Assembly: GCA_965249065.1 (NCBI GenBank)
Contig: CBDFLG010000001.1
Location: forward strand, 1,094,646-1,158,645
Source: Dehalococcoidia bacterium
GTDB taxonomy: Bacteria > Chloroflexota > Dehalococcoidia > Lucifugimonadales > UBA3495
Length of the DNA stretch: 64,000 nt
Direction: 5' to 3'
Part shown: positions 44,685 to 54,730 of the stretch, piece by piece
Layout: each line of letters begins with the position of its first letter
How positions within the stretch are numbered: position 1 is the stretch's first letter
Made by a program: the position numbers and the translations under genes
The notes under the pieces: model-generated
Told to the model about the DNA's origin: nothing
The model's input: only the letters and a program-made list of their open reading frames with translations
Databases searched by the model: none

Positions 44685-45173
44685 CTGCCCCGCTCCGGCA
44701 AGTTTGCCCACACAAGCGGCTTTCGTATTGTGGCGGCTTGCCTGCTGAGCATGACAGCCGGAGCTGTCTTGGCCTGTGCCATCGAGCCGCAGAGTGCGAC
44801 CGAAACCGGGTCGAATTTAGCCGGCATACCCACGGTTGCCACTGCCCTGCCCCTGGAGACACTCACCCCATCAGGTTCCGGGATACCGGCTCCCTTACCC
44901 AGCGCCGCGCCGGCCACGGCTGCAAAGTCTCTGCCGGATGCCACTCTCACCCCTTGTATGAGTCCCGCTTACAAGCGCTTGCATGGAGGGCCTTTCGCAG
45001 ATTCCGGGGACTGAGATTGAATCATGCCAGAGAGCTGCCCAGGTTCCGCGCGCTTTCGCCGGGCAGCATCCACCCTGAAGTTAGGCGTTGAAGCTCGGCC
45101 CGTTTTTCGCGTGGACGCGGCCGGGTAAGCTCACGGAGAACATCAACACGGCCAATCAGAAAATCTTGTAGGA

Positions 45174-46856
45174 ATGTTGACCCAATTGACTGAACAATTT
45201 ACTGAGAAACTTCGCGTCATTCCCTTGGGAGGGCTGGGGGAAATCGGCAAGAACATGATGGCCCTCGAATTCGGCGACGACATCATCATCATAGACTGCG
45301 GCGTTCAGTTCCCTGACGAAGGGATGCTGGGGGTAGACCTGATCATCCCCGATGTGTCCTATCTGGTGGAGCGCGCCGACCGGGTGCGGGGCATCCTGAT
45401 AACCCACGGCCATGAAGACCACATCGGCGCGCTGCCTTTCGTGCTGCCGCAACTGCCCGCTCCGGTCTTTGCTCCCCGCTTGGCCCACGGACTCATCTCC
45501 GCCAAGCTCAAGGAGCGGCGCGCCACCCGCGAATTCACGGCCACGCCCATCGACCCAGGCATTCCATACCAGTTCGGCCAGCACTTCGCCGCCCGCTGGT
45601 TCAGGGTCTGCCACAGCATCCCCGACGCCATGGGCATCGCTGTCAGCACGCCGCTGGGCACCGTGATACACACCGGCGACTTCAAGATAGACCACACGCC
45701 GGTGGACGGGCGCACCATCGACCTCGCAGCCTTGGCCAGCTATGGCGAAGAGGGTGTGCTGCTGCTGCTCTCCGATTCCACCTATGCCGAAGTGCCCGGC
45801 TACACTCCCTCAGAGCGGGTGGTGGGCGAGGCGCTGGACCGGGCCATACGCGAAGCGCCGGGGCGGGTGATGGTCGCCACCTTCGCCTCTCTGGTCTCGC
45901 GGGTGCAGCAGGTGGTGGACGCCGCCGAACGCCACGGGCGCAAGGTTAGCATCGTCGGGCGGAGCATGGTGGACACGGTCAACGTCGCCTCCGAGCTGGG
46001 CTACCTGCGCCTGCCCCCCGGCATCTTGCTGCCTCTCAACGCTACCCGCAGCCTGCCGCCGGAACAGGTGGTGCTGCTGACCACCGGCAGCCAGGGCGAA
46101 CCCACCTCGGCGCTGGTCCGCATAGCCAACGAGGGGCACCGTGACGTGCGCATCATGCCCGGCGACACGGTGGTTATCAGCGCCACCCCGATACCGGGTA
46201 ACGAACTGGCGGTCAGCCGCACCATAGACAACCTGCTGCGCCAGCGCGCCCGGGTGCTCTACGACCGCGTCGCCACGGTGCACGTGCATGGCCACGCCAG
46301 CCAGGAGGAGCTGAAGCTGGTGCTCAGCTTGGTCAAGCCCCGTTACTTCGTGCCGGTCCATGGCGAGTACCGCCATCTCAACGCCCACGCCCAGATAGCC
46401 TGGGACATGGGCGTGGGCAAAGAAGGCATCTTCGTGCTGGAAGACGGCGATGTTCTGGAACTCGGCCCAGAGAGCGGCGCCACCGGAGAGCGCATCAAAG
46501 CCGGCCCCATTTACGTGGACGGCCTTTCCCGCCGCGACGTGCAAAGCCCGGTGCTGACACAGCGGCGCAGCCTCTCCCGCGACGGCGTGGTGGTTGTCGC
46601 GCTAACCGTAAAGCAGGGCAGCCTCCTCCCCGCGGGCGAGCCGCGCACCGTCGCCAGCGGTTTCATGGAGGAAGGCGAAACCGCCCCCCTGTTCGAGGAA
46701 CTGAATGTCCACCTGCTCTCTCAGCTATCGGCCAACGGCAGCCCTCCGGCCACCCACGAGGAACTGAAGGCCAAAGTGCGGGAAACTGCCCGCAGCTTCA
46801 TAGCTAACGCCACGCGCCGATCGCCTATGATAATTCCGGTGGTAACCGAGGTCTGA
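45174..46856 (+). CDS. rnj: ribonuclease J
   Basis: LRVIPLGGLGEIGKNMMALEF...ITHGHEDHIGALP...(beta-CASP)...HGHASQEEL. Confidence 0.9.
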   Translation: MLTQLTEQFTEKLRVIPLGGLGEIGKNMMALEFGDDIIIIDCGVQFPDEGMLGVDLIIPDVSYLVERADRVRGILITHGHEDHIGALPFVLPQLPAPVFAPRLAHGLISAKLKERRATREFTATPIDPGIPYQFGQHFAARWFRVCHSIPDAMGIAVSTPLGTVIHTGDFKIDHTPVDGRTIDLAALASYGEEGVLLLLSDSTYAEVPGYTPSERVVGEALDRAIREAPGRVMVATFASLVSRVQQVVDAAERHGRKVSIVGRSMVDTVNVASELGYLRLPPGILLPLNATRSLPPEQVVLLTTGSQGEPTSALVRIANEGHRDVRIMPGDTVVISATPIPGNELAVSRTIDNLLRQRARVLYDRVATVHVHGHASQEELKLVLSLVKPRYFVPVHGEYRHLNAHAQIAWDMGVGKEGIFVLEDGDVLELGPESGATGERIKAGPIYVDGLSRRDVQSPVLTQRRSLSRDGVVVVALTVKQGSLLPAGEPRTVASGFMEEGETAPLFEELNVHLLSQLSANGSPPATHEELKAKVRETARSFIANATRRSPMIIPVVTEV

Positions 46857-46876
46857 GCAGCCCTCAAATCTCCTCT

Positions 46877-46910
46877 CCCTAAATCCCCCCTCCCAGAGGG
46901 GAATTTAGGG
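46877..46910. repeat. REP-C-class hairpin
   Basis: ccctaaatcccccctcccagaggggaatttaggg, downstream of the rnj stop. Confidence 0.65.
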
Positions 46911-47029
46911 GGAGGGTGTCCCCGGCTCCTCCTCCGGTTGCCGCCAGACTGCGACCGGCCAGGAGGCGAGTTTTGGCTACTACCGCCAAGAGAGTTCGAT
47001 CCGGTTCCGCCCCGCCGACCTTCCTCGAA

Positions 47030-49174
47030 ATGTTCCACGCCGGCCCTTGGCTGTTCGTTGACGGCCTAGTGGTAATGGCCGTGGCAATCGTCGCCGGGGC
47101 GTTCTTCTACCTTTACCCGGACGCCCGTGAATGGGCCTGGCAGGCGTTGGGCTACGGCTGGGCGCCCGTGGGCCTGTGGGCAGCCTCCGCTCTGGTTTTC
47201 CTGCGCTACCGGCCCGGGCTGCTGCTCCGGTACTGGCGGCGCTGGGCCGTGCCTGCCGCTGCCGTGGCGCTGTCGCTGGGCGCCCTGTCCTATGTGTATC
47301 CCGCCCGCGGCCTGCTGGAAGATGTCAGCCTGGGCGGCCGCTGGGGTATGGCCGTCGGAGGCCCTTCGCTGCTGCCCCTAGGCCTGCTGAAGATGGCGGG
47401 CATTCTGGTGCTGGCCCCGCTGGCCCTGTATCCCCGCGCCGTCGGCTCGCTCTACTCGCGAGGCTTGTTGCGCGTCTGGCTGGGCTTCCAGCTTATGGCC
47501 GGATACGCTTACCTCGGCGTTGGCCGCGCCGCCGCCGGGGTGGGAGACGGCCTTGGCCGGTTCAAGGAATCGTCGGCGCGCCGCAGAGAGAAAAAGGCTG
47601 AGGCCAAGGCCGCCCGGGCCCAGACCGCTGAACCCGCCCTGGAAAGCCGGCGCGAGCCGGAACCGGCGCCGCCTGTTGTTGCCGCCGACATCTGGGGGCA
47701 GTCTGCCGCGGATGAGCCGGACGATGACGCCCCACCATGGATGCCCGCCCCTGCCACGTCGTCCGCCGCTTCCTCCGGCTCCGGCTGGAGGCTGCCCTCC
47801 GCCGAACTGCTGGCCCCTCCCGAGCCTAGCAGCGCATCCGAGGAAGAGTTCCGGCAAATGGGGCGGCAGGTGGAGCAGGCGCTGGCCGACCATGGCGTCC
47901 GGGTGGAGGTGACCGACATCAAGGCCGGCCCCCGCGTGGTGCAGTTCGGGCTGTCGCCCGGCTGGGTGTCGAAGCGCGGCTCGGAAGGTAAGGATGGCGA
48001 CGGCGAGCGTAGCCGGGTCAAAGTGCAGAGCATCATAACCCGCGAGAAAGACTTGGCTCTAGCCCTCAAGACGCCCTACCTGCGTGTCGAGGCCCCGGTG
48101 CCCGGCGCGGCCTTGGTGGGGCTGGAGGTGCCGGTGCCGTCGCCCAGCAAGGTGCATCTGCGGGCCGTGATGGAGACCGCCGAGTTCCGCAAGCTGGCGG
48201 GCAAGGGTGGCTTGCCCATTGCTATGGGGCAGGACACGGGCGGCGCCCCGGTGGCCCTCGACCTAGTATCCCTGCCCCACATGCTCATCGCTGGCTCCAC
48301 CGGCAGCGGCAAGAGCGTTCAGATAAACTCCATCATCGCTTCCTTCCTGCTTACCAAGACGCCGGACGATTTGCGCATCCTGATGGTGGACCCCAAGCGG
48401 GTTGAACTGACCCCGTTCAATGGCATCCCGCATCTGATTCAGCCGGTGATAGTGGAGGCCGAGGATGTCACCGAGGCACTGCGCGGCCTCAACCGCGAGA
48501 TGATTCGCCGCTACAAGCAGATGGAAGAAATGGGCGTTCGCAACATAGCTGGCTACAACCAGCGTTCCGCAGAAAATATGCCCTTCCTGGTGCTGATAGT
48601 GGACGAGTTGGCCGACCTGATGATGGTGTCCGGGTTCGAGGTGGAGCAGAGCCTGGTGCGTCTGGCCCAGTTGGGCCGCGCCGCCGGCATCCACCTGCTG
48701 CTGGCCACGCAGCGCCCGTCGGTCAACGTGGTCACCGGCCTGCTCAAGGCCAACATCCCAGCCCGCTGCGCCTTCGCCGTGTCCGGCCAGGTGGACTCCC
48801 GCGTGATTCTCGACTCCGTGGGGGCCGAAAAGCTCATGGGGAAGGGCGACGCGCTCATCCTGCACAAAGAGTCGCCCAAGTCCCAGCGGATGCAGGGCGC
48901 GCTGGTCTATGACGAGGAAATCGAGGAACTGGTCAAATTTTGGAAGGAGCAGGACGGCCCACCCGTCCCTGTCCTCAACCTCGTCTCCGGCGAGGACGAA
49001 GAAGACGGCGACGGCAGCGTTGACTCCCAGCAGATGGACCAGGCCCGCGATCTGGCCGCCCGCAACCCCAACCTGAGCACTTCCGTCCTAGAGCGGCGTC
49101 TGAAAATCGGAGGCCGCCGCGCCGAGGAAATCCTCGAGTCTCTGGAAGAAGAAGGCTACCTGACACCACGGTAA
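47030..49174 (+). CDS. ftsK: DNA translocase FtsK/SpoIIIE
   Basis: N-terminal TM helices, a Pro/Ala linker, then LIAGSTGSGKSVQINSII...LVLIVDELADLMM...LLLATQRPSVNVVTG and a C-terminal gamma-like winged helix. Start chosen at ATG 47030, because the GTG at 46916 lies inside REP-C. Confidence 0.85.
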   Translation: MFHAGPWLFVDGLVVMAVAIVAGAFFYLYPDAREWAWQALGYGWAPVGLWAASALVFLRYRPGLLLRYWRRWAVPAAAVALSLGALSYVYPARGLLEDVSLGGRWGMAVGGPSLLPLGLLKMAGILVLAPLALYPRAVGSLYSRGLLRVWLGFQLMAGYAYLGVGRAAAGVGDGLGRFKESSARRREKKAEAKAARAQTAEPALESRREPEPAPPVVAADIWGQSAADEPDDDAPPWMPAPATSSAASSGSGWRLPSAELLAPPEPSSASEEEFRQMGRQVEQALADHGVRVEVTDIKAGPRVVQFGLSPGWVSKRGSEGKDGDGERSRVKVQSIITREKDLALALKTPYLRVEAPVPGAALVGLEVPVPSPSKVHLRAVMETAEFRKLAGKGGLPIAMGQDTGGAPVALDLVSLPHMLIAGSTGSGKSVQINSIIASFLLTKTPDDLRILMVDPKRVELTPFNGIPHLIQPVIVEAEDVTEALRGLNREMIRRYKQMEEMGVRNIAGYNQRSAENMPFLVLIVDELADLMMVSGFEVEQSLVRLAQLGRAAGIHLLLATQRPSVNVVTGLLKANIPARCAFAVSGQVDSRVILDSVGAEKLMGKGDALILHKESPKSQRMQGALVYDEEIEELVKFWKEQDGPPVPVLNLVSGEDEEDGDGSVDSQQMDQARDLAARNPNLSTSVLERRLKIGGRRAEEILESLEEEGYLTPR

Positions 49175-49209
49175 GCCTCAGCTCCTTATCCCCGGGGAAA
49201 GAAAACGAA

Positions 49210-49231
49210 GAGGCCGGAATATTCCGGCCTC
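49210..49231 (+). terminator. hairpin terminator candidate after ftsK
   Basis: Perfect 22-nt palindrome gaggccggaat/attccggcctc followed by cgtttccgttt. Confidence 0.55.
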
Positions 49232-49295
49232 CGTTTCCGTTTGCCCGTTCATTTGTTATCATTAGGCCATCCTGCCCGGCTCTCCTGATATTGTT

Positions 49296-50000
49296 TTGCT
49301 CATCGATCTTCACACCCACAGCTACCCCATGTCCGACGACAGCTTTATGAGCGTCAATGAACTTATCGAAGGCGCAAAGGCCGCCGGATTGGAAGGCATC
49401 TGCCTTACCGACCACGACGCCTTTTGGCCCGACGAAAGGACGCTGGAGCTGTCGCGGAAGCACGGCATTCTGGTCCTGCCGGGCTGCGAAATTAACACCG
49501 ACGCTGGTCACGTCCTGGCCTTCGGCCTGCGCCGCTACGAATTCGGGATGCACAAGCCGGACTTCCTGCGGGCCTGCGCTGACCGGGACGGGGGAGCGCT
49601 TATAGCCGCCCACCCCTACCGCCGCCGTTTCCTGGAGGAGCCGGGGCGCGACCCCACCGCCCGCGCCGAAATGCTGAAGCGGGCCGTCGGCGACCCCTTC
49701 TTCGGCCTCTGCGAAGCCGTCGAGTCGCTAAACGGGCGGGGATCGGCGGAGCAAAACCGCTATTCCGGCGACCTCTGTGCCTCGCTGTCCCTGCCCTCCG
49801 TGGCCGGCAGCGACGCCCACCGCGCTGCGCAGATAGGCACGGCGGCCACCGAGTTCCAAGGGCGGGTGGAATGCTTGGATGACCTGTTGCGCCTGCTCAA
49901 GAGCGGACGTTTCCGCCCGGTTGACCTGCGCGTCCCGCCAAGCCCGCAACCCGCAGATACCGCCGCCGGAACTCTCACGCCGACTGCCGGAAACGACTGA
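49296..50000 (+). CDS. PHP-domain metal-dependent phosphoesterase
   Basis: LIDLHTHSYPMSDD...ICLTDHD...AGSDAH. TTG start. Confidence 0.75.
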   Translation: MLIDLHTHSYPMSDDSFMSVNELIEGAKAAGLEGICLTDHDAFWPDERTLELSRKHGILVLPGCEINTDAGHVLAFGLRRYEFGMHKPDFLRACADRDGGALIAAHPYRRRFLEEPGRDPTARAEMLKRAVGDPFFGLCEAVESLNGRGSAEQNRYSGDLCASLSLPSVAGSDAHRAAQIGTAATEFQGRVECLDDLLRLLKSGRFRPVDLRVPPSPQPADTAAGTLTPTAGND

Positions 50001-50089
50001 AGCCCGGGCCGTTCCCCCTTAGCGCGTCAAAGGGCGAACGGCAGACCCTCTGAAAACACGATCCTGTCAAGCGTAATGGAGCGCCGCTT

Positions 50090-51067
50090 ATGGCAGAAGC
50101 ACTCAGAATTGAAGACCTGCACGTAGAGTTCCGCAGTCCAGCCGGCACGGTCAGGGCGCTCAACGGCGTCAGCCTGACCCAGGAAGAAGGCGAGATCTAT
50201 TGTCTGGTGGGCGAGAGCGGGGCCGGCAAGAGCACCCTGGCCTTGGCCATCATGGGATTGCTGCCGCAAAACTCCTCCGTGCTGGGTGGGCATATCTACT
50301 TCCGGGGCGTCGACCTGATGAGCGCCGGGCCAGAGTACATCCGAAGTCTGCGCGGGCATGAGGTCTCGATGGTGTTCCAGGACGCGCAGGCGGCCTTGAA
50401 CCCGGTCGAACCAATTGGTTCGCAGTTGGAGGAAGTAATCCACCAGCACAGCAGTATGTCGTTACGCAACGCCAACCGCCTAGCCCAAGAAATGCTCCGC
50501 GAGATGGGCCTGCCCGACCCCAAGCGGGTGATGGGGCAGTATCCCTTCGCCCTCAGCGGCGGGATGTGCCAGCGGGTGATGATGGCGATTGCGCTGGTGC
50601 TGCGCCCCCGCCTGCTAATCGCCGACGAGCCGACCTCCGGGCTGGACGTGACGCTGCAAGCGGAGATTCTGGAACGGCTGCGCGCTCTGGTGAGAGAGCA
50701 GGGTTCCTCGGTGCTGCTCATCACTCACGACATGGGAGTAGTGGCGTCAATGGCCAACAAGGTGGGCGTAATCTACGGCGGGAGCATGGTGGAGCACGCC
50801 GACGTAATCCCGCTGTTTCACCGCGCCCAGCACCCCTACACTTGGTCGCTGCTGCAATCCCTTCCCCGCCTCGACGACGTGGACCGGAAGATACAGCCCC
50901 TTCCCGGCAACCCGCCCGACCTGGTCAACATGGGCGAGGAATGCCCCTTCCTGCCCCGCTGCTTCAAGGCGGTAAACCAATGCCGCCACCACCCCCGCCC
51001 TCCGCTGGCCCAGACGGAGCCGGGCCACTACGTAGCCTGCTACAACCCAATGGCGCCGCCGGAATAG
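50090..51067 (+). CDS. oligopeptide/dipeptide-type ABC transporter ATP-binding protein (OppD/DppD-like), no cognate permease nearby
   Basis: GESGAGKST, LSGGMCQRVMMA, LLIADEPTSGLD, and the C-terminal oligopeptide-type extension (CPFLPRC). Confidence 0.85.
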   Translation: MAEALRIEDLHVEFRSPAGTVRALNGVSLTQEEGEIYCLVGESGAGKSTLALAIMGLLPQNSSVLGGHIYFRGVDLMSAGPEYIRSLRGHEVSMVFQDAQAALNPVEPIGSQLEEVIHQHSSMSLRNANRLAQEMLREMGLPDPKRVMGQYPFALSGGMCQRVMMAIALVLRPRLLIADEPTSGLDVTLQAEILERLRALVREQGSSVLLITHDMGVVASMANKVGVIYGGSMVEHADVIPLFHRAQHPYTWSLLQSLPRLDDVDRKIQPLPGNPPDLVNMGEECPFLPRCFKAVNQCRHHPRPPLAQTEPGHYVACYNPMAPPE

Positions 51068-51207
51068 GGCGGGATTCCACAATAATCCCCGGAACTGATG
51101 ACACATGGCAGTTGCGGCGGCAAGCTGGCGCACCGTATCGTATTGCCAACAATCTTGGCGAGAGCGTAGAGACAACGGCGCGGCCTCTCATCGGCGGAGA
51201 CCAACGG

Positions 51208-52101
51208 ATGCTTATGCTGAGCGAACTGGACGCCGCTCTGGAACAGATTCCCATTTCCCCAATACCGGCGGTGAACGTTGCGACTGTCCCGCAGCGCAGC
51301 CCGTTGCGTTACCCCGGCGGCAAGACCTGGCTCGTTCCCCACGTGCGCGCCTGGCTGTCTGGGCTGGAGCCAGCGCCTGAGTTGCTGATTGAACCATTTG
51401 CCGGCGGCGCTATCGTGTCCCTTACGGCCATCATGGAGGGATGGGCGTCCCGCTGCCTGATGTCGGAAATTGACCGCGACGTAGCTGCATTCTGGCAGGC
51501 CGCTCTGTGGCACAGTGAAGAACTGATTGACCGCGTTCAGAGCTTCGTCCCAACCCGCGAGAGCATCGCCCAGCTTCACAATAGCGCCTCCGGCGACGTT
51601 GTAGACCACGGGTTTCGGACTCTGGTGCTAAACCGCACAAGGCGGGGCGGTATTCTGGCCGACGGCGCATCATTGGCCCGCGTCGGTGAAGCCGGGAAGG
51701 GCCTAGCTTCCCGCTGGTACCCAGATACCATCTCACGCCGTATCCGGGCCGTCGCAGAGCACGCCGACCGTATAGACTTCCGTCAGACCGACGGCATGGA
51801 ATTACTGGAGCGTATGGGTGATACCCCACATTCCCGCACCGCAATTTTCGTTGATCCTCCATACACTGCCGCCGGCAAACGCGCCGGCAAGCGTTTGTAT
51901 AATCATAGCGTCATAGACCATCCGGGCCTTTTCCAGAGTCTGGCCCAAAGCGATGCGGACTTTTTGATGACCTATGACCAATCTCCCGAGATTATTGAAT
52001 TGACCCGCAAGCACGGTTTTTATACCAAGCGAGTCAACATGAAAAACACTCACCACGCCAAGATTTGGGAATTGCTGATTACGCGCCGCTCGGTATTCTA
52101 G
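51208..52101 (+). CDS. D12-class (Dam-like) N6-adenine DNA methyltransferase
   Basis: LRYPGGKTWL, EPFAGGAIV (FxGxG SAM motif) and IFVDPPYTAAG (DPPY catalytic motif). The upstream 214 codons of the tracked ORF overlap the ABC gene out of frame and are rejected. Confidence 0.8.
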   Translation: MLMLSELDAALEQIPISPIPAVNVATVPQRSPLRYPGGKTWLVPHVRAWLSGLEPAPELLIEPFAGGAIVSLTAIMEGWASRCLMSEIDRDVAAFWQAALWHSEELIDRVQSFVPTRESIAQLHNSASGDVVDHGFRTLVLNRTRRGGILADGASLARVGEAGKGLASRWYPDTISRRIRAVAEHADRIDFRQTDGMELLERMGDTPHSRTAIFVDPPYTAAGKRAGKRLYNHSVIDHPGLFQSLAQSDADFLMTYDQSPEIIELTRKHGFYTKRVNMKNTHHAKIWELLITRRSVF

Positions 52102-52134
52102 TCTGCCTTGTATCCTGCTTTCGCTGGACGGAAT

Positions 52135-53010
52135 ATGCCTCGGTATGGTATCGCTGAATGGTTCGGAAAGCCTCTAATATCACTCTCTCCCGAAGAGCGA
52201 ATGGAAATGGCTGTGTCCGCTTCAGGACAGGCGCAAGCGTTGCCATGTCCATTCAAACCTGGGCGGGCCGCCTGTTCCAAAGCGGGCGGAGTTTGCTCAA
52301 TACAACTTTATGACGAAGGGGAGGGCGGACGTACTGGTGCTGCGTCGGGCTGGCCGGTAATTACTTGTCCGGTCCGTTTTGACCAAGACTATTTGCTTGT
52401 CCGCTGGCTGGCTGAAATCGTTGGATTTTCGCCCGGCGAAGCCATGCTGGCCAGAGAGATTCCCTTTATGCAAAGCGCCGCTACCAACAAACCTGCCGGG
52501 AAGATTGACTTGGTAGTTGCCAGAACGGAAGGCAACCGCCTGGAATGGTATGGGCTGGAAATTCAGGCAGTCTATTTCTCCGGGCCAGGTATGTCCACCC
52601 AGTTCAATATCCTCGCCAATGACGACAATGCAACCCCGCCATACCCGGACCATATTCGCCGTCCTGACTGGCGTTCATCAAGCGCCAAACGTTTAATGCC
52701 CCAACTTCAGGTTAAAGTACCCACGGTCCGCCGGTGGAACTCTAAAGTCGCCGTAGCGGTGGACCGGCCTTTCTTTGAGTCTATTGGAGGGCCGAGCGCA
52801 ACTCCGAGCCAAGACATTAACGACGGCGATATTATATGGCTGGTTCCGGAGTTGTCCCGGAACGGCATTGATGGGAGCTTCCAGCTAACGCGAGGCCATT
52901 GGGAAGTTCTGACACTGGAGAGTTCCACGGACAAGCTGCTGGCGGCGAGAACAATTTCGCGTGATGTTTTCGAGACCGCGCTACAGGACAAACTCATTCC
53001 CTTGGAGTAG
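52135..53010 (+). CDS. NotI-family type II restriction endonuclease homolog
   Basis: IAEWFG...CPF...C..AGGVCS...ITCPVRF (4-Cys cluster) and IDLVVAR...YGLEIQAVYFSG. From memory these parallel NotI's AEFFG/CPF/GVC/LVCP and YGVLEIQTMDFHG segments. Starts 34 nt after the methylase stop. Confidence 0.6.
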   Translation: MPRYGIAEWFGKPLISLSPEERMEMAVSASGQAQALPCPFKPGRAACSKAGGVCSIQLYDEGEGGRTGAASGWPVITCPVRFDQDYLLVRWLAEIVGFSPGEAMLAREIPFMQSAATNKPAGKIDLVVARTEGNRLEWYGLEIQAVYFSGPGMSTQFNILANDDNATPPYPDHIRRPDWRSSSAKRLMPQLQVKVPTVRRWNSKVAVAVDRPFFESIGGPSATPSQDINDGDIIWLVPELSRNGIDGSFQLTRGHWEVLTLESSTDKLLAARTISRDVFETALQDKLIPLE

Positions 53011-53031
53011 CCGTGTTGATGCTGGCAGAAC

Positions 53032-54042
53032 CTACCGCCGGGGCGCCGAGTCGCCCACCAGCAGCTCCAGCGCTAGGTCGGGGTCGAGGCGGCCCTGCTT
53101 GATGGACAGGTCGGCTTCGAGCAGGCGGTCGTAGCGCCAGGCTATGTCCTCGCGGGAGTGGCGGCGGGCTTGGTCCATGGTTTTACGCACCACGAAGTCC
53201 GACGATGTTCCCAGCACCCGCTTGAGTTCGTTTTGTGGCAGGCGACGCTCCATCGAGTCGCGGGCCAAGGCCAGCAGCCGCAGTTGCCGCTCCACCATGG
53301 CGATGATGTAAAGCGGCTCGCGGCCATCGTCCCGCAGTTGGGCCAGCAGCCGCAGCGCCGCCTCCGGGCGGCCGTCAATCATCGCGTCCACCGCCTCGAA
53401 GATGCTGGCCTCGCGCACCTGCGACACCATCAGCCGCACGTCCGCCTCGCCGATCTCGCGTCCGGAGGCGTAGAGCGACAGCTTCTCCAACTCTTGGTCC
53501 AGCGTCCAGAGGTCACCGCCTACTAGGTCGGCCATCGAGCGGATGGCTGCCGGGCTGACAGCCGCCCCCTTGGCCTCGGCCGTCTGCTTGATCCAGCGGG
53601 CCAGTTGCTCGCCCCGGGGGGCTGCCTGCTCCTCGACGGTGCAGACCGGGCGAAGTTGCCGCAGCAGAGAATTGTTGGCCGACAGCGTTCCGTCGGTCAG
53701 CAACAGCAGCGTGGTCTCGGGCATTTGGGGGATGGCGTCGGCCAGGGCCTGCCAGCCGCCAGCGGAGTTACCGCCGCCTCGCCCACGTCCTCGACCTCCG
53801 CTCCCGCCACCGGAGCGCGATTCGGCGGTGGCCAGCAGCCCGTCCACCACCACCAGCCGCAGCGTGTCCAGGAAGGGCAGCGCCTGGCACGTTGCGAGCA
53901 GCTCCTGCTGGCTGACCTGCCCCCCCTGCATCCGGTGCCGGTTGGCGTCGAGCAAGGCGTCGGCCCCGTGCTCCGACTCCAACGCTGCCAGCCGCTGCCG
54001 CACCAAGAAGCTGTCGCCAAACACAACAAAGGCGGGCATCAC
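53032..54042 (-). CDS. holA: DNA polymerase III delta subunit
   Basis: 336 aa with delta-subunit layout (N-terminal FVVFGDSFLV..., C-terminal LKRVLGTSSDFVVRKTMDQARRHS...DLSIKQG). Contains a Gly/Arg-rich insert SRSGGGSGGRGRGRGGGNSAGG. Confidence 0.7.
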   Translation of the reverse strand: MMPAFVVFGDSFLVRQRLAALESEHGADALLDANRHRMQGGQVSQQELLATCQALPFLDTLRLVVVDGLLATAESRSGGGSGGRGRGRGGGNSAGGWQALADAIPQMPETTLLLLTDGTLSANNSLLRQLRPVCTVEEQAAPRGEQLARWIKQTAEAKGAAVSPAAIRSMADLVGGDLWTLDQELEKLSLYASGREIGEADVRLMVSQVREASIFEAVDAMIDGRPEAALRLLAQLRDDGREPLYIIAMVERQLRLLALARDSMERRLPQNELKRVLGTSSDFVVRKTMDQARRHSREDIAWRYDRLLEADLSIKQGRLDPDLALELLVGDSAPRR

Positions 54043-54730
54043 TCCCTCGATATGCCACGGGGCCTGCGTTCCGGAGGCTGAGGGGAATCCCCTGGGGCGA
54101 CCTTCAAATTTACATCCCGACTGGGCATCATTATCGCTTTCTTAAGTGAAATTGTTTGGACGCTGTGTCGCAGCGGTTTAGTTCCGGTTTTGCCGCACGT
54201 CAGGTTGCCTGTTCCGGAGGCCCAGCCTGCTGGCTGTTGAGCTGGCGGGTGAGACGTTCTATCTCTTCTAGGAGCCGGTTTCGTTCTTCTTCAGCCCTTT
54301 GGCGCTCTTGCACTAGGGCCTGTTCTGCTGCTTCTCTGGCGCGTCTCTCCCTGGTTATCATGATGTAGCTCCATACACCGCCGCCTGTGGCAGCGATTGC
54401 TGAGTTAGTTACGATGTCTTTCAGCAACGCCGGGTTAATGAATGCGGCGGCGGGCCGAGGCGTTGCATCCTGTGGCAGAGCCTAGTTCTTCGGGGCACCG
54501 GCTTCCGGTAAAGTACCATACCGCCCAAGTGACCGCCAGTGCAGCCAATGCCGCCGCTACTGGCAATACCGCTATTTCCCTGAAGTCTTGCAGCACTGAT
54601 ATGTTCTGGTTCATTCCCGGCCCACTGATTTCGCACTCTGTCAGCCGTAAGGTGGCAAATCCCACGCCCAGTATGGAATAATGGCCTACACGCCCTCACT
54701 AATTCAACCCCGGTACGGATATAGGATCCC

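Noticed and set aside
44625-45014. 129-aa ORF in the 632-bp UDG-rnj spacer, possibly a small lipoprotein (VAACLLSMTAGAVLAC).
   Set aside because: Its 5' part is read through the REP-D element (SFPRKQES), an alternative frame is equally open, and it has no SD or family support. It is left unannotated. A shorter product starting at the GTG near 44727 remains possible.
46916-47029. GTG start at 46916 giving a 38-aa N-terminal extension to FtsK.
   Set aside because: That start codon lies inside the REP-C hairpin and the extension is Arg/Pro/Ala-rich. The ATG at 47030 precedes the first TM helix directly.
50566-51207. N-terminal 214 codons of the tracked 511-aa ORF.
   Set aside because: This part overlaps the ABC ATPase gene out of frame and has an Arg/Pro/Gly-rich nonsense composition. 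Methyltransferase homology begins only near the ATG at 51208.
54200-54665. Two consecutive small minus-strand ORFs (75 and 76 aa), each with one hydrophobic segment, in the 688-bp holA-LLM spacer.
   Set aside because: They have a weak TTG start or no SD and no homology signal. They could be real small membrane proteins, but the sequence alone does not support them.
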